A stretch of DNA of 38,033 bases from Candidatus Nanohalobium sp. (lineage in GTDB: Archaea > Nanohalarchaeota > Nanosalinia > Nanosalinales > Nanosalinaceae). Positions 18,545 to 28,502 of this stretch are shown one piece after another. How positions within the stretch are numbered: the stretch's first letter is position 1; every line of letters begins with the position of its first letter. Under the pieces are notes generated by a model that was given only the letters and a program-made list of their open reading frames with translations, searched no databases and had not been told where the DNA came from. The translations under genes and the position numbers were made by a program. The stretch covers positions 1-38,033 of the forward strand of contig JBDGSM010000013.1 in the NCBI GenBank assembly GCA_042217545.1. Direction: 5' to 3'.

Positions 18545-18669
18545 CGCAACAAGGAAAGGACCTGAAAACCTTTTATCCCTTAAATCTCATAACACAGCCC
18601 ATTTCACACCAGAAGGCCTCCGCTGTTACCGAGAAGTTATAAAAATTTATCTCGAACCCGTTGGTAGAA

Positions 18670-19011
18670 ATGGCGTCAAGACTGACTATGATGCTCGCCG
18701 CAGTTGGAGGTATAGCAGGCTACCTGGCATTCCAGGCCTACAAGGTATCAGAGCTTACATCAGGCCTGATCGTGCTATTCATAATATCCTGGTTCTTCTT
18801 CTCAATGATCGGCTGGAGCAGTCTCTGGAACCTGCTCGCCTTCTTCAAAAACCCGTTCATGGCGGCACTGATGATAGCAGGCCTCGGATTCACGTACTGG
18901 ACCTACCACGGCCACCTGTTACCTGAGGCCTCGCTCTTTGGCACAGGAATGCTCTTTCTTGGCGCGGCCTTCGGAAGCTGGCTCTGCGCCTACTGGACGA
19001 TCGGCGGATAG
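18670..19011 (+). CDS. Small integral membrane protein (about 4 TM)
   Basis: Hydrophobic throughout; TATA ttataaaa near 18637. Confidence 0.7.
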   Translation: MASRLTMMLAAVGGIAGYLAFQAYKVSELTSGLIVLFIISWFFFSMIGWSSLWNLLAFFKNPFMAALMIAGLGFTYWTYHGHLLPEASLFGTGMLFLGAAFGSWLCAYWTIGG

Positions 19012-19111
19012 CCGCTCCAGATGCGGAGTTGGACAACATCGAACCCTGCAAGGTAGCCCCCATTCATGACTCAACACCTGATTTTTAACCATTCAGTACG
19101 AATCCTTCGGT

Positions 19112-20410
19112 ATGTTTGACAAAATCAAGGACTCGATACAGAAGTTCTCTTCCCGAAGCGTAGCTGACAAAGAGGCAGTAGAGCAGCTCGTCAAGGACAT
19201 CCAGAGAGACCTCATCAAGGCAGACGTCGACGTAGGCCTTGTATCCGAGCTCAGTGATGAGATCAGGGAGGAAGCGCTCCAGGACGACATTCCTTCAGGC
19301 CTTACACGGAAGGAACACGTCCTTGAAATAGTTTACAACAAGTTAGAGGAACTTCTTGGAGACGAGGCAGAAGTCGAGATAGAGCCGCAAAACATCCTTC
19401 TCTGCGGACTGTACGGTGCAGGAAAGACCACTACCGCGGGAAAGTTAGCGGATTTCTACAGGAAGAGAGGCCTCAAGGTAGGAGTTATCGCGGCCGACAC
19501 TGACAGGCCTGCAGCTTTTGAACAGCTCCAGCAGGTGGCGGAGGATGCGGAAGCAAGTTTCTACGGTGAAAAAGATGCCGAGGATCCCGTAAAGGTTGTC
19601 CGTGACGGTATGGAGGCGCTCGACGATGTAGATGTAAAGATAATTGACTCAGCAGGCCGTAACTCGTTGAACGAGGACCTGAAGCAGGAGCTGGCTGATA
19701 TAGCGGAGGTCGCGCAGCCGGACAACAAGTATCTGGTTATCCCGGCGGATATAGGACAGAGCGCCAGCGATCAGGCCTCGAGCTTCGACGATGCAGTAGG
19801 CCTCAACGGCGTTATAGTTACCAAGATGGATTCCTCCGCGAAGGGAGGAGGTGCACTGGTCGCATGTGAACACTCCGGTGCTGAAGTCAAGTTCATAGGT
19901 ACGGGAGAGGAGCTCGGCGACCTTGAAGTGTATGATCCTGTCGACTTTGTTTCCGAGATGATCGGCCAGCCGGATCTCGAGTCTCTTCTTGAGAAGATCG
20001 AGGAGATGGATACTGATCCGGAGGAGCTTCTTGAAGGAGACTTCACTTTAGAGGATTTCCAGCAGCAGATGGAGCAGGTCACAGGTTCAGGAATGATGGA
20101 TGATCTCATGGAGCAGCTTCCTTTCTCCTCAAGTCAGATACCGGACAACATGGCGAACCTCCAGGAGGAAAAGATCGGGATCTACAACGTCATCATCGAC
20201 TCCATGACTCCTGAGGAGAAGAAAGATCCAGATACTATCAAGAAAGAACGTGTTGAACGAATCGCCGAAGGTTCCGGGACATCAAATAACGAGGTAAGAG
20301 AACTCTTGAAACATTACAGGCAGACAAAAAACATGGTCGACAAGTTCGACAAAGGAAGCATGAAGAGAGGCGGCGGAATGCAGGACATGATGAAGAACCT
20401 CGGCTTCTAA
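19112..20410 (+). CDS. srp54: Signal recognition particle 54 kDa protein
   Basis: GLYGAGKTTT, DTDRPAA, DSAGR, TKMDSSAKGGGAL, Met-rich M domain (IIDSMT..E, RIAEGSG). Confidence 0.96.
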   Translation: MFDKIKDSIQKFSSRSVADKEAVEQLVKDIQRDLIKADVDVGLVSELSDEIREEALQDDIPSGLTRKEHVLEIVYNKLEELLGDEAEVEIEPQNILLCGLYGAGKTTTAGKLADFYRKRGLKVGVIAADTDRPAAFEQLQQVAEDAEASFYGEKDAEDPVKVVRDGMEALDDVDVKIIDSAGRNSLNEDLKQELADIAEVAQPDNKYLVIPADIGQSASDQASSFDDAVGLNGVIVTKMDSSAKGGGALVACEHSGAEVKFIGTGEELGDLEVYDPVDFVSEMIGQPDLESLLEKIEEMDTDPEELLEGDFTLEDFQQQMEQVTGSGMMDDLMEQLPFSSSQIPDNMANLQEEKIGIYNVIIDSMTPEEKKDPDTIKKERVERIAEGSGTSNNEVRELLKHYRQTKNMVDKFDKGSMKRGGGMQDMMKNLGF

Positions 20411-20422
20411 AAAAAGGCCTTA

Positions 20423-20722
20423 CTACTCGATATCTATCTTGCTGAACTCCTCACTGATACGTTTCAACTCCTCCTCACTGTAGTACTTCTCGTTGCCAAA
20501 ACTTCTCTCAAAACGTGTCTCCCACTCCTGAACCTCTCTATCAACATCCTCATCCAGTGTAGAAAGCGCAGAATACGCAAAGCCGCTGGAAACCTGGAGA
20601 GCATCAAGAAGACCCTGCCAACGGCTAGGAAGACTTATATCAGCTCTATAGATAACTCTGGTGGCTCCCAGAGCTGCCAGAAGGGCTTTACGGTAGGCAT
20701 TTTCAGCGTATTTTTTCAGCAT
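20423..20722 (-). CDS. Hypothetical protein (99 aa, MLKKYAEN...)
   Basis: 3' part of the 20423-20962 ORF; start moved to ATG 20722 to avoid overlap with the divergent phosphoesterase. Confidence 0.5.
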   Translation of the reverse strand: MLKKYAENAYRKALLAALGATRVIYRADISLPSRWQGLLDALQVSSGFAYSALSTLDEDVDREVQEWETRFERSFGNEKYYSEEELKRISEEFSKIDIE

Positions 20723-20815
20723 TCGTTTACAAACCTTTGAAACTCTCCCCGCAAAACCCCGTGTGTATATTCTGTTAAAGCCTGTTTTAAAACTGTGTCG
20801 CAGTTCAGTAAATAT

Positions 20816-21346
20816 ATGATCGCGGTAATATCGGATTCCCACATACCGAAAAGGGCGGAAGACATGCCTGAAGAATTCTAAGAAGTCCTGGAAGACGCAG
20901 AGATCGCTGTACACTGCGGAGACTTTGTATCTCGGGAGTTCAAACAGAAACTTGAACAACACGTAGAGCTTGTCGCTGTAAAAGGGAACTGTGACCTATT
21001 CGATCTCGAACCCTCCGAAACTTTCGAGAAAGAAGGCCTCAAGTTCGGAGCATACCATGGAACAGGTATCACGCCGAGAGCTCATCTGCCAACACTGGTC
21101 AACACCGCTGAAACCCTTTCCTGCGACGTACTTTTCCACGGCCACTCACATAAGGAGGAAGCTGTTAGGGCAGACGGCAAAATCCTTGTCAATCCCGGAT
21201 CATGTACAGGCTTCGGAGGAGGCACCGCAGAACCGGGAAACCCGACAATGGCCAAGATATTCCTCGAAGACGAACTGAAGGTCCAGATACTGGAGAAAAC
21301 AGGTGAAGGCCTCATCACCCGAGAGGAGAAAACCTTCAGCCGGTAG
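20816..21346 (+). pseudogene. YfcE/MJ0936/Vps29-family metallophosphoesterase interrupted by an in-frame TAA (20879-20881)
   Basis: Hand translation: MIAVISDSHIP...EEF*EVLEDAEIAVHCGDF...VKGNCD...YHG...FHGHSH...VNPGS...TFSR*; all calcineurin-like motifs lie in one frame. Confidence 0.88.
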
Positions 21347-21382
21347 AAAGATTTAACAGGCACCGGCAAATTAAAACGTAGT

Positions 21383-21970
21383 GTGTCGACAGGAGACCAA
21401 TTCGACTTCGGACCAGGATACTTTGAAGAACTGAGCGACTACTCCAACCAGGATCTGAGGCTTACCCCGGAATACACAGAGATAGAGGAAGACTTCAGAA
21501 AGATAAAAAGTTTCAGGGATGCAGTACAGCTTCTCGAAAATTCAGATGAGGCCTATCACCGCAGCGCAAAAGCTGTAGGATCTGCATGGCCTGAAGCATA
21601 CGATGCCTTCGTTTCGATGGATGACGCCCTGGGAGACGTATCCGAAAAGATAATAGGGGAGAAAGTGATGAACTCGGGCTTTCAGGACTTTCATGAAGAG
21701 GAGGGCGAGGTAATGACCCGGTACAGGGAGCTTCAGAACGCTATAGAGAATGCGAAACAGATGTACAGACAAGCCGCTGCATCACTGGCAGTACAGATCA
21801 AGTCAGCAGCTCTTCGAGGCCAGAAAACACCGCTCGAATACGCTGAAACAGTCTCTGACAGCGAGGTCTTTGATGGAAGAGCTGAGGAACTGGATAAGTA
21901 TGTTGTGAGGCCTGACGACAGCACAGGTGAAAGGGTATGGAAAATCCTGGACCAGACTGATGCCTCTTAA
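21383..21970 (+). CDS. Hypothetical helical acidic protein
   Basis: 195-aa ORF, host codon usage, GTG start. Confidence 0.65.
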   Translation: MSTGDQFDFGPGYFEELSDYSNQDLRLTPEYTEIEEDFRKIKSFRDAVQLLENSDEAYHRSAKAVGSAWPEAYDAFVSMDDALGDVSEKIIGEKVMNSGFQDFHEEEGEVMTRYRELQNAIENAKQMYRQAAASLAVQIKSAALRGQKTPLEYAETVSDSEVFDGRAEELDKYVVRPDDSTGERVWKILDQTDAS

Positions 21971-21996
21971 AAAGTTCATTTCACCTTGAGTTCTGT

Positions 21997-23229
21997 ATGC
22001 TTACTGTAAACGAAAAGAAAGAAATTCTTCTGGAGAAAGAAATATGCGATCACTGCCTCGGAAGACAGTTCGCAAAACTCGGACACGGACTGGAAAACTA
22101 TGAAAGAGGAGGGATCGTGAGAGAGACAGAAGAACTGGAAGAAGATGACTTCGTACGTGAAAACATTCCTGAAGACGCAGAGATAGGAACCGAATGCGAG
22201 TACTGCCAGGGCGTCTTCACAAGACTTGACCACTACACAGACATGGTTGTAGACAGCTTCGAAAGATACGAACTGGAGACATTCCTGATCGGGATAAGGC
22301 CTCCGGAAGAAGCAGTTGAAAAAGAGGAAGAGCTCTGGGAGGAGGCAGGCGTCGAATGGACAGAACCGATCAAGACCGAGCTTTCAAGACTTATCGGGAA
22401 GAAGATAGAGCAGAAAGCAGGCCTTGAAGTGGACTTTGAACGCGCCGACATCATGGCAGTTATCGACATGAGAGAAGGCAAGGACCGTGTCGAGCTCCAG
22501 GTCAACTCGGTACTGATCTACGGAAAATACAACAAGTATTCAAGAGAAATTCCGCAGACAGAATGGCCCTGCAACAACTGCAGAGGGAAGGGTTGCGACG
22601 AATGCGACTGGACCGGCTACCAGTACCCGACAAGCGTCCAGCAGGAGATCCAGGAACCGTTCATCAGCGAGACAAAAGCTATAGAAGCCAAGTTCCACGG
22701 CGCAGGACGTGAAGATATCAACGTAAAATGCCTGGGAAAGAGAGAGTTTGTACTGGAACTCATAGAACCACTGAACAGGGATCTGGACCTTGAGGCCCTG
22801 CAGGAAGAAGTCAACGAAAACACTGACAGGATCGAGGTCTTCGACATGCAGTTCACCCACAGCGATAAACCGGCGGAGATCAAGCAGAAACACGCCGATA
22901 AAACTTACCGGGCAGAAGTCCAGGTAGAGGACGAGATCAGCGAAGAAGACCTGGAGAAACTTGAAGAACTCATCGGAGAAATCGAACAGGACACGCCGGA
23001 AAGAGTAGAACACCGGAGAGCGGACAAAACCCGTGTCAGGGAAGTACTGGAGATAAACTACGAATTTGAAGACGAACACCACTTCACGGTGGAAGTCAAG
23101 GCAGAGGCAGGGACGTACATCAAGGAACTAATCCACAGCGACGAGGGACGTACAAAGCCCAGTGTAGCAGGCCTTCTTGGGGCTGAAGCGGAGTGCACAC
23201 AGCTCGACGTGATAGGTATAGATAAATGA
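21997..23229 (+). CDS. pus10: tRNA pseudouridine(54/55) synthase Pus10
   Basis: CDHCLGRQF, GKYNKYSREIPQT, FHGAGREDINV (catalytic Asp), AGTYIKELI. Confidence 0.96.
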   Translation: MLTVNEKKEILLEKEICDHCLGRQFAKLGHGLENYERGGIVRETEELEEDDFVRENIPEDAEIGTECEYCQGVFTRLDHYTDMVVDSFERYELETFLIGIRPPEEAVEKEEELWEEAGVEWTEPIKTELSRLIGKKIEQKAGLEVDFERADIMAVIDMREGKDRVELQVNSVLIYGKYNKYSREIPQTEWPCNNCRGKGCDECDWTGYQYPTSVQQEIQEPFISETKAIEAKFHGAGREDINVKCLGKREFVLELIEPLNRDLDLEALQEEVNENTDRIEVFDMQFTHSDKPAEIKQKHADKTYRAEVQVEDEISEEDLEKLEELIGEIEQDTPERVEHRRADKTRVREVLEINYEFEDEHHFTVEVKAEAGTYIKELIHSDEGRTKPSVAGLLGAEAECTQLDVIGIDK

Positions 23230-23927
23230 AAAATATTCTGGAAGCGAAGTTTGTTCTGGATCCTGGAGCAAAGAAGGATATAGCTGAAGCGGTCGCAGAA
23301 CTAAGGAACAGCGATTACCGGACAGAGAACAGGTTTGTAAGTCTCAACTACATGGCTGACACTGTCAAAGGCCTTTCAGATGCATCGGCCCAGGTCTCTG
23401 TATCAGGAAAGCACTTCAGCATGCCTGAAACCGATAAAATAACTCCAGAGTACAGGAGAGCCGCTGAAAAGTTGAAGAGGAAAGGCCTCAAGATGAACAG
23501 GTCGGAAAAAGTAGATGTAGACGTTCAGCTACCGTTCAGTTTCTGGCAGGAGGATCTTCTGGTCGATGCCAGGCAGGCCTTGACGGATGCAGGTTTCGAG
23601 TTCGAGGGATTCCGACTTGAAGGATACGGGGGGTCCGAACGCAGTATCGAAGAGCTATACGAAAATTTCGAGAACCAACGACAGTTCGTAGAGCTTCTCG
23701 TGGCTGAGCCCACAGAGAAAGGTGAGCCGGAACTGGAGATCTCGACACGTTACACCGAAGATCATTTCGAGGTAGAGGTATACGACTGGAACTACTCGGG
23801 AGATCTGGAGCCGGATCAGATCCGGGCCTATATCGAGAGAAGTCTGATAGATGAAGATCTTCCCGTGAAGCTCGGCGATCCTTCCGACCAGGGGAATCAG
23901 GTCGCATCTGAATTTTTCTACGGCTAA
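23226..23927 (+). CDS. Hypothetical acidic protein
   Basis: 233 aa; ATGA overlap with the pus10 stop. Confidence 0.7.
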   Translation: MKNILEAKFVLDPGAKKDIAEAVAELRNSDYRTENRFVSLNYMADTVKGLSDASAQVSVSGKHFSMPETDKITPEYRRAAEKLKRKGLKMNRSEKVDVDVQLPFSFWQEDLLVDARQALTDAGFEFEGFRLEGYGGSERSIEELYENFENQRQFVELLVAEPTEKGEPELEISTRYTEDHFEVEVYDWNYSGDLEPDQIRAYIERSLIDEDLPVKLGDPSDQGNQVASEFFYG

Positions 23928-23985
23928 TCAGCTTCATTGTTTAAAAAGTTTTGAGTCGTGTACCGTGTTATAAGGTGAATAAATT

Positions 23986-24273
23986 ATGGCAGAGAAGAGT
24001 AGAGGACCTCAGCACGGAGCGAGGGACAAGCTTTCCAGCGGTCCAAGGAGCAAGACCACAGTCAACGAGAAAGTAAAAGAGTTCGAGGAAGGAGAAAAAG
24101 CGTTGATCAAGGTCGAGCCGAGCGTCCAGAAAGGCAGGCCTCACATGAGATTCCACGGAGCAACAGTAACTGTAATAGGAAAGCGTGGACAGGCCTACGA
24201 AGTCAAGTTCAAGGATGGAAACACCGAGAAACAGCTTCAGGTTCCGCCTGTACACCTCCAGAAGAGGAAGTGA
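23986..24273 (+). CDS. rpl21e: 50S ribosomal protein L21e
   Basis: SRGPQHGARDKL, PSVQKGRPHMRFHG, PVHL; SD aggtga upstream. Confidence 0.96.
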   Translation: MAEKSRGPQHGARDKLSSGPRSKTTVNEKVKEFEEGEKALIKVEPSVQKGRPHMRFHGATVTVIGKRGQAYEVKFKDGNTEKQLQVPPVHLQKRK

Positions 24274-24279
24274 TTTTCT

Positions 24280-24615
24280 ATGGAGATTAAAGGCGAGGAA
24301 TATGCTTATCCTATTGAGGCACTGAACGTTCTAACTGAAAAAGACGAAGAGGATCTAACACACGAACAGAAGATTGCTCTTGAAAACCTCTCCAGGCACA
24401 CAAAGATCCGGGACCTCGACACGCTTGAAGAGCTCCACGAAGAGTTCTCGGAGATCGAAGCTCTCAAAGAAAAACATATCTACAAGCTGCTGGAAACAGT
24501 ACCAAAGCATGAATCAACAGTCAGAGCATTGTTCTCCAAGGAAAGAGTAAAACTCGAGGACTCCGACGTAGAGGACATCCTAGAGATCTGTAAGAGCATC
24601 GAAGTCGAAGAATAA
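24280..24615 (+). CDS. rpo4: DNA-directed RNA polymerase subunit Rpo4 (F)
   Basis: LTHEQKIALE, KL....P......VRALFSKER; conserved position between rpl21e and DUF655. Confidence 0.88.
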   Translation: MEIKGEEYAYPIEALNVLTEKDEEDLTHEQKIALENLSRHTKIRDLDTLEELHEEFSEIEALKEKHIYKLLETVPKHESTVRALFSKERVKLEDSDVEDILEICKSIEVEE

Positions 24616-24721
24616 GGCCTACCGATAGGCTTTTAATATCTGATCTTTTATCTTTACTTCACTGAGGACAAGGTATAGGCCTCGGGACTCAAAAGGCTTC
24701 ATCTCTAAAAATGGTTATATT

Positions 24722-25258
24722 ATGAGTGGAAAGGACGAATACGTAAAGGTTCTCGACTTCCTGGAACATGGGAAGTCGGGGGGCAGCGAACAGCGTGTTG
24801 CCCAGGTAATAGGAACAGAAAACTACAGCCTCCTAGAGGTAGTGATGCGTGAAGGTGAAAGGCCTAAAGGAGGAGAAGAACTCTACATTGGAGAAGGTGA
24901 GAGAGACGAGGTCCAGTTCATCAAGGACAGGATCGAATACAACGACCTGACCGGAAACGCAAAGTCCGAACTCAAATACGTTCTCGACGCACTTATCGAG
25001 GAGAACGAGGTAGACTTCGTCGAATTCTTCAACGAAGCAACACCTGTAACGCCTAGAAGACACGCCTTCGAACTACTTCCAGGAATCGGAAGCAAGCATA
25101 TGCAGAAACTGATAGACGAGAGAGAAGAAGGCGACTTCGAAAGCTTCGAAGACATCGAAGAGCGCGTACCGTCAATCCCTGATCCAAAGGAGACCATAAG
25201 AAAACGCATCACACAGGAACTCCAGGGAGAAACCAAGAGAAAACTTTTCCTATCATGA
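24722..25258 (+). CDS. DUF655 family putative RNA-binding protein
   Basis: VLDFL, FFNEA.P.TPRRHAFELLPGIG (HhH), FESFEDI; synteny. Confidence 0.93.
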   Translation: MSGKDEYVKVLDFLEHGKSGGSEQRVAQVIGTENYSLLEVVMREGERPKGGEELYIGEGERDEVQFIKDRIEYNDLTGNAKSELKYVLDALIEENEVDFVEFFNEATPVTPRRHAFELLPGIGSKHMQKLIDEREEGDFESFEDIEERVPSIPDPKETIRKRITQELQGETKRKLFLS

Positions 25259-26061
25259 ACGCGCAAGAAACACTGAAAAAACTCGGTGTCAAGCCCGTAA
25301 AGGGCCAGAACTTTCTGAACTCCGAACAAGTAGTTCAAGCGCTGGTAGAAGCCGGCGAAGTAGAAGACGAAGTAGTTCTCGAGATCGGGGCAGGAACAGG
25401 GGTAATAACGGAGAAGCTGGCGGAGAAAGCAGAGAAAGCATACGCTCTGGAAACAGATACAACGCTCTACAACCATCTTAAGGAAAAGTTCAAGGGCTCG
25501 AACGTCGAAGTTTTGAATAAAGATTTCCTGGAGTACGAAATACCTGAAGACGTCACCAGATGCGTCTCAAACCTGCCTTTCCATATAGCCACCCAGGCTG
25601 TCGAAACCCTGGGCGAGAAACAGATACAGGCCTCGGTGATCGTCCAGAAAGAGTTCGCGGAGAAGATACTCGCTGAGCCGGGCGACAACCAGTACACGGA
25701 AACCACACTGATTGTGAACTACTACTACCTGCCTGTAAAGCTGAGAGATGTCTCATCCAGAAGCTATCATCCTGAACCTGAAGTTAACACCTCGATCCTG
25801 AAACTTTACCCGAACAAGGACAGGCACGGCATAGAAGATACGGAGAACTTCTTCACGGTCGTTAAAGCATTGTTCACCAACAAGAGGAAGAAGGTCAGGA
25901 ACTCGTTCGTCGACGCAAGACATATCCTGGATATCTCCAAAGATGAAGCGAAAAAGTTCAGGGACGAACTACCGCATTCAGAGGAGAGGCCTGTAGAGCT
26001 AGAGATCCGTGAGCTCGGAGAAGTAGCGGAGGCCTTCCGCAGGGAGTTCCCGGAAGTTTAA
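25255..26061 (+). CDS. rsmA: 16S rRNA adenine dimethyltransferase KsgA/RsmA
   Basis: GQNFL, LEIGAGTG, VSNLPFHI, QKEFA, FTNKRKK. Confidence 0.95.
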   Translation: MNAQETLKKLGVKPVKGQNFLNSEQVVQALVEAGEVEDEVVLEIGAGTGVITEKLAEKAEKAYALETDTTLYNHLKEKFKGSNVEVLNKDFLEYEIPEDVTRCVSNLPFHIATQAVETLGEKQIQASVIVQKEFAEKILAEPGDNQYTETTLIVNYYYLPVKLRDVSSRSYHPEPEVNTSILKLYPNKDRHGIEDTENFFTVVKALFTNKRKKVRNSFVDARHILDISKDEAKKFRDELPHSEERPVELEIRELGEVAEAFRREFPEV

Positions 26062-26085
26062 AATAAGTGGAAGTTAAAGTTTCAG

Positions 26086-26370
26086 GTGATGAATCTTGAT
26101 TCTCGGAAAGTAGTAGCCGTCCTTCTGATAACCATATTCCTAACCAGTACTGGTGCCGCTCTAACTATCAACATCGATCTCTTCAACCTGGGTGGAGGAG
26201 GAAACAAACAGAAGAAGACGAACAAGTCAACCAACTCCACCAACGGCTCTAACGACAAGAGGTTTACGTACGGCGGTTCCAAGTCCGACCAGATAACAGA
26301 CAAGAAAGGAGTCAAGAAAGGCCTACTTGAGACCGTAGTCGGAAGCGTGGTAAACTTTCTCTTCAGTTGA
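26086..26370 (+). CDS. Small secreted or membrane-anchored hypothetical protein
   Basis: Signal-like N-terminus, basic linker, hydrophobic C-terminus; TATA tttaaaa about 30 nt upstream. Confidence 0.6.
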   Translation: MMNLDSRKVVAVLLITIFLTSTGAALTINIDLFNLGGGGNKQKKTNKSTNSTNGSNDKRFTYGGSKSDQITDKKGVKKGLLETVVGSVVNFLFS

Positions 26371-26403
26371 AAGATATTTAATCCATGCATCTCTCAATAA
26401 ATT

Positions 26404-27975
26404 ATGCCGAAGTGGATATTCGTTACAGGAGGTGTTCTTTCAGGCCTGGGGAAAGGCCTGATCTCAGCAAGTGTTTCCAAACTTCTACAGGAAAGAGACC
26501 AGCAGATCGTTCCGCTCAAATGTGACGGATACCTTAACGTCGATCCTGGCACAATGAACCCGCATGAACACGGGGAAGTATTCGTTCTCGACGACGGAAC
26601 AGAAGTCGATATGGACTTCGGCCACTACGAAAGATTCCTTGACGTCGAAGGAAGAGGAGACTGGAACCTGACCTCCGGAAAAATCTTCCAGGAAGTAATA
26701 GAAAAGGAAAGAGAAGGAGAATACCTTGGAAAAACAGTCCAGATGGTCCCACACGTCACAGGTGAGATAAAGGACTCCTGGAGACAGGCAGCAGAAGAAA
26801 AAGACGCAGATATCATCGCCGTTGAAGTAGGAGGTACAGTCGGCGACATCGAAAACATGCTATACCTAGAAGCAATAAGACAGCTAAGAAGCGAACTGCC
26901 GGAGGAACAGATATTCCACATCCATGCAACACTGGTCCCATACCTGGAAACAACAGGAGAACAGAAGACCAAGCCCACACAGCACTCGGTAAAGGAACTT
27001 CGGGAAACAGGCCTTGAACCGGACATGATCGTCGGAAGGAGTGAGGAAAAACTCCAGGAAGACACTTCAGAAAAGATAGCGCTGTTCTGCGATGTAAAAG
27101 AGGAAGCTGTAATCTCTGATCCAAACATAGAACACGTATACGAACTCCCTCTTCTATTCGACCAGCAGAACGCGGACGAAATAGTAGCAGAAAAGATGAA
27201 CCTCCCGGAACGCGAAAACGGCATGAAAAACTGGGAGAAAAAAGTAGAAAACCTGAAAAAAGGAGATATCGCCAGGATCGCTATCTGCGGGAAATACACG
27301 GATATGGACGATAGCTACGTCTCGGTAGAAGCAGCACTGAAGCACGCAGCAGCCGAGATAGGAGGAAACGTCGAGATCGAACAGCTCGCAACAGAAAACT
27401 TCAAACCTGAAGAAGAACTGGAAGACTTCGACGGCATCGTAATACCTGGAGGCTTCGGCAAAAGAGGCGTAGAAGGCAAAATCGAAGCAGCAAGATACTG
27501 CAGGGAAAACAACGTACCACTACTGGGCCTCTGCTATGGACTCCAGCTCATGACCATCGAATACGCCAGAAACGTCTTAGGCCTCGATGCAACCTCAGCA
27601 GAGTTCGAAAACGGAGAGGAACACGTCGTCATCGACGAGATGCCTGAACAGAAAAACATAGAGGAAATGGGCGGCACCATGCGACTCGGAAGCTACACAG
27701 CAGAACTTCAAGGCCAGGTAAAGAAGATATACGGCAAAGAAGAAGCAAGCGAAAGACACAGACACCGGTACGAAGTCAACAACGAATACACCGACCAGCT
27801 GGAGGAATCAGGCCTCAAGATCTCCGGCAAAAACAAAGAAAAAGACCTTGTAGAATACATAGAACTTCCTGAAAACGACTACTTCATCGGAACACAGGCT
27901 CACCCCGAATTCACATCACGCTTCACCGATCCAAACCCTCTCTACCTTTCCTTCCTCCAAGCAGCGTCCCAGTGA
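26404..27975 (+). CDS. pyrG: CTP synthase
   Basis: GGVLSGLGKG, DMDFGHYERF, KTKPTQHSV, GLCYG, ERHRHRYE, QAHPEF. Confidence 0.98.
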   Translation: MPKWIFVTGGVLSGLGKGLISASVSKLLQERDQQIVPLKCDGYLNVDPGTMNPHEHGEVFVLDDGTEVDMDFGHYERFLDVEGRGDWNLTSGKIFQEVIEKEREGEYLGKTVQMVPHVTGEIKDSWRQAAEEKDADIIAVEVGGTVGDIENMLYLEAIRQLRSELPEEQIFHIHATLVPYLETTGEQKTKPTQHSVKELRETGLEPDMIVGRSEEKLQEDTSEKIALFCDVKEEAVISDPNIEHVYELPLLFDQQNADEIVAEKMNLPERENGMKNWEKKVENLKKGDIARIAICGKYTDMDDSYVSVEAALKHAAAEIGGNVEIEQLATENFKPEEELEDFDGIVIPGGFGKRGVEGKIEAARYCRENNVPLLGLCYGLQLMTIEYARNVLGLDATSAEFENGEEHVVIDEMPEQKNIEEMGGTMRLGSYTAELQGQVKKIYGKEEASERHRHRYEVNNEYTDQLEESGLKISGKNKEKDLVEYIELPENDYFIGTQAHPEFTSRFTDPNPLYLSFLQAASQ

Positions 27976-28502
27976 CAGTATACAGGCTTGCAGAAGATAC
28001 ATACCTCGTTCTGAACTATATAGACGGCCTCGAACTTTCAGGCAAAAAAGTCCTCGATATCGGAACCGGTAACGGAGAGATAGCGTTGAAAGCAGCCGAG
28101 AAAGATGCAGAAGTCACTGCTGTAGACATCAATCCCGAGGCCCTGGAGTACGCACAGGGAAAAGCTGAGGAGAGAGGCCTTCAGGACAGGATAACATTCC
28201 TGGAGTCTGACCTGTTCGAGAAAGTGAAGGGAAAGTTCGACCTGGTGGTGTTCAATCCGCCCTATCTTCCGGGGGAGAAAGGCCTTGGAGACGAGGAGAT
28301 CTGGAGAGGTGGGAAAACAGGTTTAGAGGTCTCCCGCCGTTTTCTTGATGGGGTCGGAGACTTCCTTCTGGAAGATGGCTACGCCTTGCTTGTAGCCAGT
28401 TCTCTCTCAGGATACGGAGAACTTGTCGATGGTTACGGTCTTTCCGAGGTAGACTCTGAAGAACTCTGGTTTGAGAGGCTCTCGCTTCTGAAGTTCGGTT
28501 AG
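27972..28502 (+). CDS. HemK2/Mtq2-type protein glutamine methyltransferase
   Basis: VYRLAEDT, VLDIGTGNG, FNPPY, WFE C-terminus. Confidence 0.9.
   Translation: MTVYRLAEDTYLVLNYIDGLELSGKKVLDIGTGNGEIALKAAEKDAEVTAVDINPEALEYAQGKAEERGLQDRITFLESDLFEKVKGKFDLVVFNPPYLPGEKGLGDEEIWRGGKTGLEVSRRFLDGVGDFLLEDGYALLVASSLSGYGELVDGYGLSEVDSEELWFERLSLLKFG

Noticed and set aside
19012..19080. tRNA-like or SRP-like element upstream of srp54 (GGTTCGA on the minus strand, short stems)
   Set aside because: No cloverleaf or T-stem can be built, and the stems are only 4-5 bp.
20879..20881. Stop-codon reassignment or selenocysteine/pyrrolysine
   Set aside because: The codon is TAA, used as a true stop by many genes here, and no other in-frame stop was noticed.
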